Source: Cenarchaeum sp.
GTDB lineage: Archaea > Thermoproteota > Nitrososphaeria > Nitrososphaerales > Nitrosopumilaceae
Direction: 5' to 3'
Assembly: GCA_965206845.1 (NCBI GenBank)
Contig: OZ242221.1
Coordinates: 1,376,001-1,440,000 of the forward strand
DNA: 64,000 nt
The position numbers and the translations under genes were made by a program. Position 1 is the first letter of the stretch. Every line of letters starts with the position of its first letter. The notes below the pieces were generated by a model. The model ran no database searches. It was not told where the DNA came from and worked only from the letters and a program-made list of their open reading frames with translations. This document shows, in pieces, positions 60,764 to 64,000 of this stretch.

Positions 60764-61924
60764 CTAGTCTTGGCTACTGTCCTCCGCGTCTGCGCTCTCC
60801 ACCTTGTGCCTCTTGAACCTGCGGAATAGCACGGTGGCCGAGACCAGCGTTATGGCCAGGCCTATCAGCAGCGGCGGAACCAGAGTAAACGAGCTCTCAT
60901 CGTGCAGCAGGGTGCCGACGAACTGGAAGACAGTGGGGTACAGCGCTCCCAACACTATCAGCCTCAGCAGGTCGATGAACTGGCTCCGGTTGTCGGTCAT
61001 CCAGTTGCTCAGCAAGGTGCCTGCAAATATGGATCCCAGCCCGATCCAGAGTATCGGAAGGGCGCCTGATGCGAACTGTCCCACGATGGTCTGGTTGGTG
61101 ATTGCGTTGATCAGCCATGCGTCCCCAACGTCGACTGGTGTCTCGACCTGCGCGATTCCCGCTGGAATTGATGACAGGATCAGGATTGCGCCTGCAATGA
61201 ACGTGAATATCCTCACAAACCCTGCCGGCGTGGGCTTGGTCCACTTGGCCCAGGCTCTGTCGATGTCAAACGCTCTGACGATGAACGCGCCACCCAGTAT
61301 GCTGGCCAGCACGGCCAGGATCTCTGTGGTGTACCCCAGCACGGTGGAGACCCCGGCGATGAGGAGCAGTATGCCCGGTACCCCCAGAAAGAACTTGGAG
61401 TACTTCGAGTCGTAGACGATCGTCTTTAGGTACCTGCCAAACACTGCGTACGAGTACTCGACACTCCTGCTGACCTTCATGACGACCCTTTGAACCGATA
61501 TGACCGGGAGTATGTTCTGCACCGAGGGAATCACGCTCTCGTCGTCCTCGCCGTCAGAGACGATCACCGCGCCGTCGGCTGCGAACTTTTCCAGGGCGGC
61601 TTTTATCTCCCGCGCAATCTTCTGGTCTGCCTCGATTCCCCTTCTGGACACTCCGGCTACTGTGATTACTTGGGCCTCGTATCCCCTACTTACAAGATCC
61701 TCGTACGTCTTGATGGCGGCAAAGATCGAGTTCGAGTCGGCATCCTCGGGATCCTCCAGGGCCAGCCGCTGGGCCGCCTCGATGCAGGCATCCCTTCCCA
61801 CCGCGGGTGTGATGATGCCCGTCTTGTCGCCTACGTCATTGTCCCTGTCAACGCAGATAACAAGCAGCTTGCTGGCAGACGAGGCGTGAACGTCCTTCTC
61901 TACTTTGTCGGCCGTTTGAGACAC
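60764..61924 (-). CDS. DUF373 family membrane protein
   Basis: LVICVDRDND, DPEDADSN and VSDGEDDE. Confidence 0.88.
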   Translation of the reverse strand: MSQTADKVEKDVHASSASKLLVICVDRDNDVGDKTGIITPAVGRDACIEAAQRLALEDPEDADSNSIFAAIKTYEDLVSRGYEAQVITVAGVSRRGIEADQKIAREIKAALEKFAADGAVIVSDGEDDESVIPSVQNILPVISVQRVVMKVSRSVEYSYAVFGRYLKTIVYDSKYSKFFLGVPGILLLIAGVSTVLGYTTEILAVLASILGGAFIVRAFDIDRAWAKWTKPTPAGFVRIFTFIAGAILILSSIPAGIAQVETPVDVGDAWLINAITNQTIVGQFASGALPILWIGLGSIFAGTLLSNWMTDNRSQFIDLLRLIVLGALYPTVFQFVGTLLHDESSFTLVPPLLIGLAITLVSATVLFRRFKRHKVESADAEDSSQD

Positions 61925-61989
61925 TGTATCTTGGTGCCGTTTGTCTCTTTTTAATCATTTCCTATAATTCCAATTAGTAGAGATGTGTC

Positions 61990-62487
61990 TTACGGTCTCG
62001 CACCATCAGATAGCTCGACAAGCCCCTCCATCTGCTCCCTGTACCCCTCGGCGCCGCTTATGATGCTGGAGAGCTCCTGCTCGGATCCGCCCTCCTGCAC
62101 CAGCTTGGCGTACACTATGGTCTCCCGTATGTATGAGTTAAAGTTCCTCAGCGAGTCGGCGTATGCGGCGTAGCTGGCCACCCATTTCTCCGCGGGGCTG
62201 CTGGATATCAGACCGGTTATCTGGGCGCTGCTCTGGCTTGTCGCCGTCTCGGCCATGCCGACATATTCCGCCGGGTCGAGGCTTCCGCTGACTACCATCT
62301 TAAAGTCCTCCTTCAGGCTGGCGTCTAGAGTGCGATGGATCGCCTTTGTGGCATCCAGGTGGCCCTCAAAGTCCGTCACGTTGAATGCGGTCTGGCTGTT
62401 CTGCGGAATGTACCACACAATAAAGCTGGCAGCCGTGATCACGATCAGGATTGCCGCTGTTATGACAACCCCCTTTCTTGGCGCCAT
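61990..62487 (-). CDS. Membrane-anchored hypothetical protein
   Basis: KGVVITAAILIVITAASFIVW anchor; TATAAATA upstream. Confidence 0.75.
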   Translation of the reverse strand: MAPRKGVVITAAILIVITAASFIVWYIPQNSQTAFNVTDFEGHLDATKAIHRTLDASLKEDFKMVVSGSLDPAEYVGMAETATSQSSAQITGLISSSPAEKWVASYAAYADSLRNFNSYIRETIVYAKLVQEGGSEQELSSIISGAEGYREQMEGLVELSDGARP

Positions 62488-62826
62488 GTGTTTCGGGGTG
62501 CGTTGTGCGTATTTATACTTGGGGCTGTCCTGCCCGGTGGAGCCGTGAGCCTGCTTGGCCGCGCTCAAGCGTACGTTCCTTCAAAAAGCATCCTGCACGG
62601 AGCCCGCGGGCACGCACGGAGCGCGAGGAAGCGGTGGCGCCGGGGGCGGCCCGCTACCACAGGCAAGCTCCACCGTCACTGCCGTATCTCCACGACATCT
62701 GGCTGTATGGGCGACAGGCTCTGATGTCTGCCCCTAACCGTCTTGTCTTGCTTAAAATATTGAGCACAAAGTTAACTATTTTTCACTGACACTTTCTAAA
62801 TAGGGCTGTTTCCATTGTCTATTAGA

Positions 62827-62970
62827 ATGGTTCAAGCATACTGTGTAAAGTGCAGAGATAAGAGAGACATAAAAAGTCCTGAGCAGACGACGCTGAAGAA
62901 CGGCCGTCCTGCAGTAAAGGGCACATGCCCCAAATGTGGGACTAAAGTCTTCCGAATCGGAAGCATGTAG
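62827..62970 (+). CDS. DUF5679-like small zinc-ribbon (Cren7-like) protein, 47 aa
   Basis: Manual translation MVQAYCVKCRDKRDIK...KNGRPAVKGTCPKCGTKVFRIG. Confidence 0.85.
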   Translation: MVQAYCVKCRDKRDIKSPEQTTLKNGRPAVKGTCPKCGTKVFRIGSM

Positions 62971-63030
62971 AGGGGCTTCTACACATATTTTTTAAAAAAC
63001 CCATATAGGGTATTTTTCTACTATTTTTAG

Positions 63031-63453
63031 TTGAGCAAAACAGAGTATGAAAAGCTGCTAAACCGCATCAGGGAACACCTCTCTGAGGACGGGCAGCAGG
63101 ATCAGTCCAGGTTTGAGATTCCTGTGGTGGACGTGATGTGGGAGGGCCAGAAGACGTTCCTGCGCAACTTTGCCGAGTTTCCCAAGATCCTGCGGCGGGA
63201 TCCCGAGAAGGTCCTGCAGTACCTCTCCAAGGAGTTTGCAGTGCCTGCAGAGAGGATCGGCGACAAGGCCATGTTCATCGGCAAGAGGGATCCGCAGGAC
63301 TTTACTCGACTGTTCCGGATATACCTCAAGGACTATGTCGAGTGCCCCACCTGCAAGAGCCCGGACACCAGGGTCGTAAAGGAGAATCGCATCCCGTTTC
63401 TCATATGCGAGGCATGCGGGGCCAAGTCCACGATAAAAGGCAAGTACGCATAA
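63031..63453 (+). CDS. eif2b: Translation initiation factor 2 subunit beta
   Basis: RFEIP...YVECPTCKSPDT...CEACGA. Confidence 0.92.
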   Translation: MSKTEYEKLLNRIREHLSEDGQQDQSRFEIPVVDVMWEGQKTFLRNFAEFPKILRRDPEKVLQYLSKEFAVPAERIGDKAMFIGKRDPQDFTRLFRIYLKDYVECPTCKSPDTRVVKENRIPFLICEACGAKSTIKGKYA

Positions 63454-63746
63454 TGTTCTCCGTCCGCGTTGTGAGGCACCAGCAGATCTCGATGCTCAAC
63501 ATATGTGATGCGGATCTGCTGGGACAGGATCTTGACCAGGACGGCCTGCGGATCAGCATCAGTCGCAGCTACTATGGCCAGAGGCTTGTGGATGCAGAGG
63601 AGGCAGGGCGGCTACTCAGGGAGTCTGCAGTGATCAACATTGCGGGAAGGGAGTCGGTCCGGCTCTCCACGGGTCTGGACATAGGCTCCCTGAATGACGT
63701 GAAGACCGTCAAGGATGTGCCGTTTCTTATCGTCTTCAAGATGTAG
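63453..63746 (+). CDS. DUF424 family protein
   Basis: MLNICDADLLG...SYYG...INIAG; ATG overlaps the eIF2b stop. Confidence 0.85.
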   Translation: MFSVRVVRHQQISMLNICDADLLGQDLDQDGLRISISRSYYGQRLVDAEEAGRLLRESAVINIAGRESVRLSTGLDIGSLNDVKTVKDVPFLIVFKM

Positions 63747-63939
63747 GCTTTCGGATCGGAGGCTCGGTTGTGTGTTGTTTTGTGGGAATTAATCTTATGT
63801 GCGCCGATCAAAGCATTCAGAAAATAGCAGCTGTGAGACTGCTACTCCTAGGATCGGCCGTCAGGAAGGGGACAAACCCGGGAGGACGCGACAGGGGAAG
63901 AATGTAAACAAAATCATTACCTACCGCAAAAGGAAGGGC

Positions 63940-64000
63940 ATGATCTATGTGGGGATCGATCTGCACAAGAAGACTGCCCAGATAGCGGCGATGGATGAGC
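63940..64000 (+). mobile_element. IS110 family transposase, 5' end (truncated by window)
   Basis: MIYVGIDLHKKTAQIAAMDE is the DEDD RuvC-like N-terminus; AGGAAGGG SD. Confidence 0.8.

Noticed and set aside
1-64000. CRISPR array, rRNA, integrase or prophage
   Set aside because: No regularly spaced repeats, rRNA signatures or viral hallmark genes recognised.

Overview
Archaeal DNA from an ammonia-oxidizing Thaumarchaeon (Nitrososphaerota). The AmoC sequence and gene set point to group I.1a/Nitrosopumilaceae. High GC, tandem LivK-like surface proteins and Cache-repeat proteins suggest a Cenarchaeum-like, possibly host-associated lineage (inference). The backbone is housekeeping: valS, purB, rtcB, rps11, thiL, histone, tatD, rps17e, Cgi121/THUMP/Sua5, purA, pyrF, uppS, phaCE, pyrKD, eIF2-beta, three tRNAs and a stand-alone amoC. 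Small accessory inserts include an orphan DNA methyltransferase, a YwbE-Schlafen fusion, a VOC protein and an HNH nuclease. The standout is a visibly AT-richer island of about 11 kb (47.3-58.9 kb) after pyrD. It carries a divergent cyanase (cynS), an atypical formate/nitrite(cyanate)-family channel, an Lrp regulator, a CLC channel, a ParB-like protein and IS/MITE scars, and is a candidate cyanate-utilisation island in a lineage generally reported to lack cyanase. The window ends in the start of an IS110 transposase. All calls come from motif recognition only; no searches were run.
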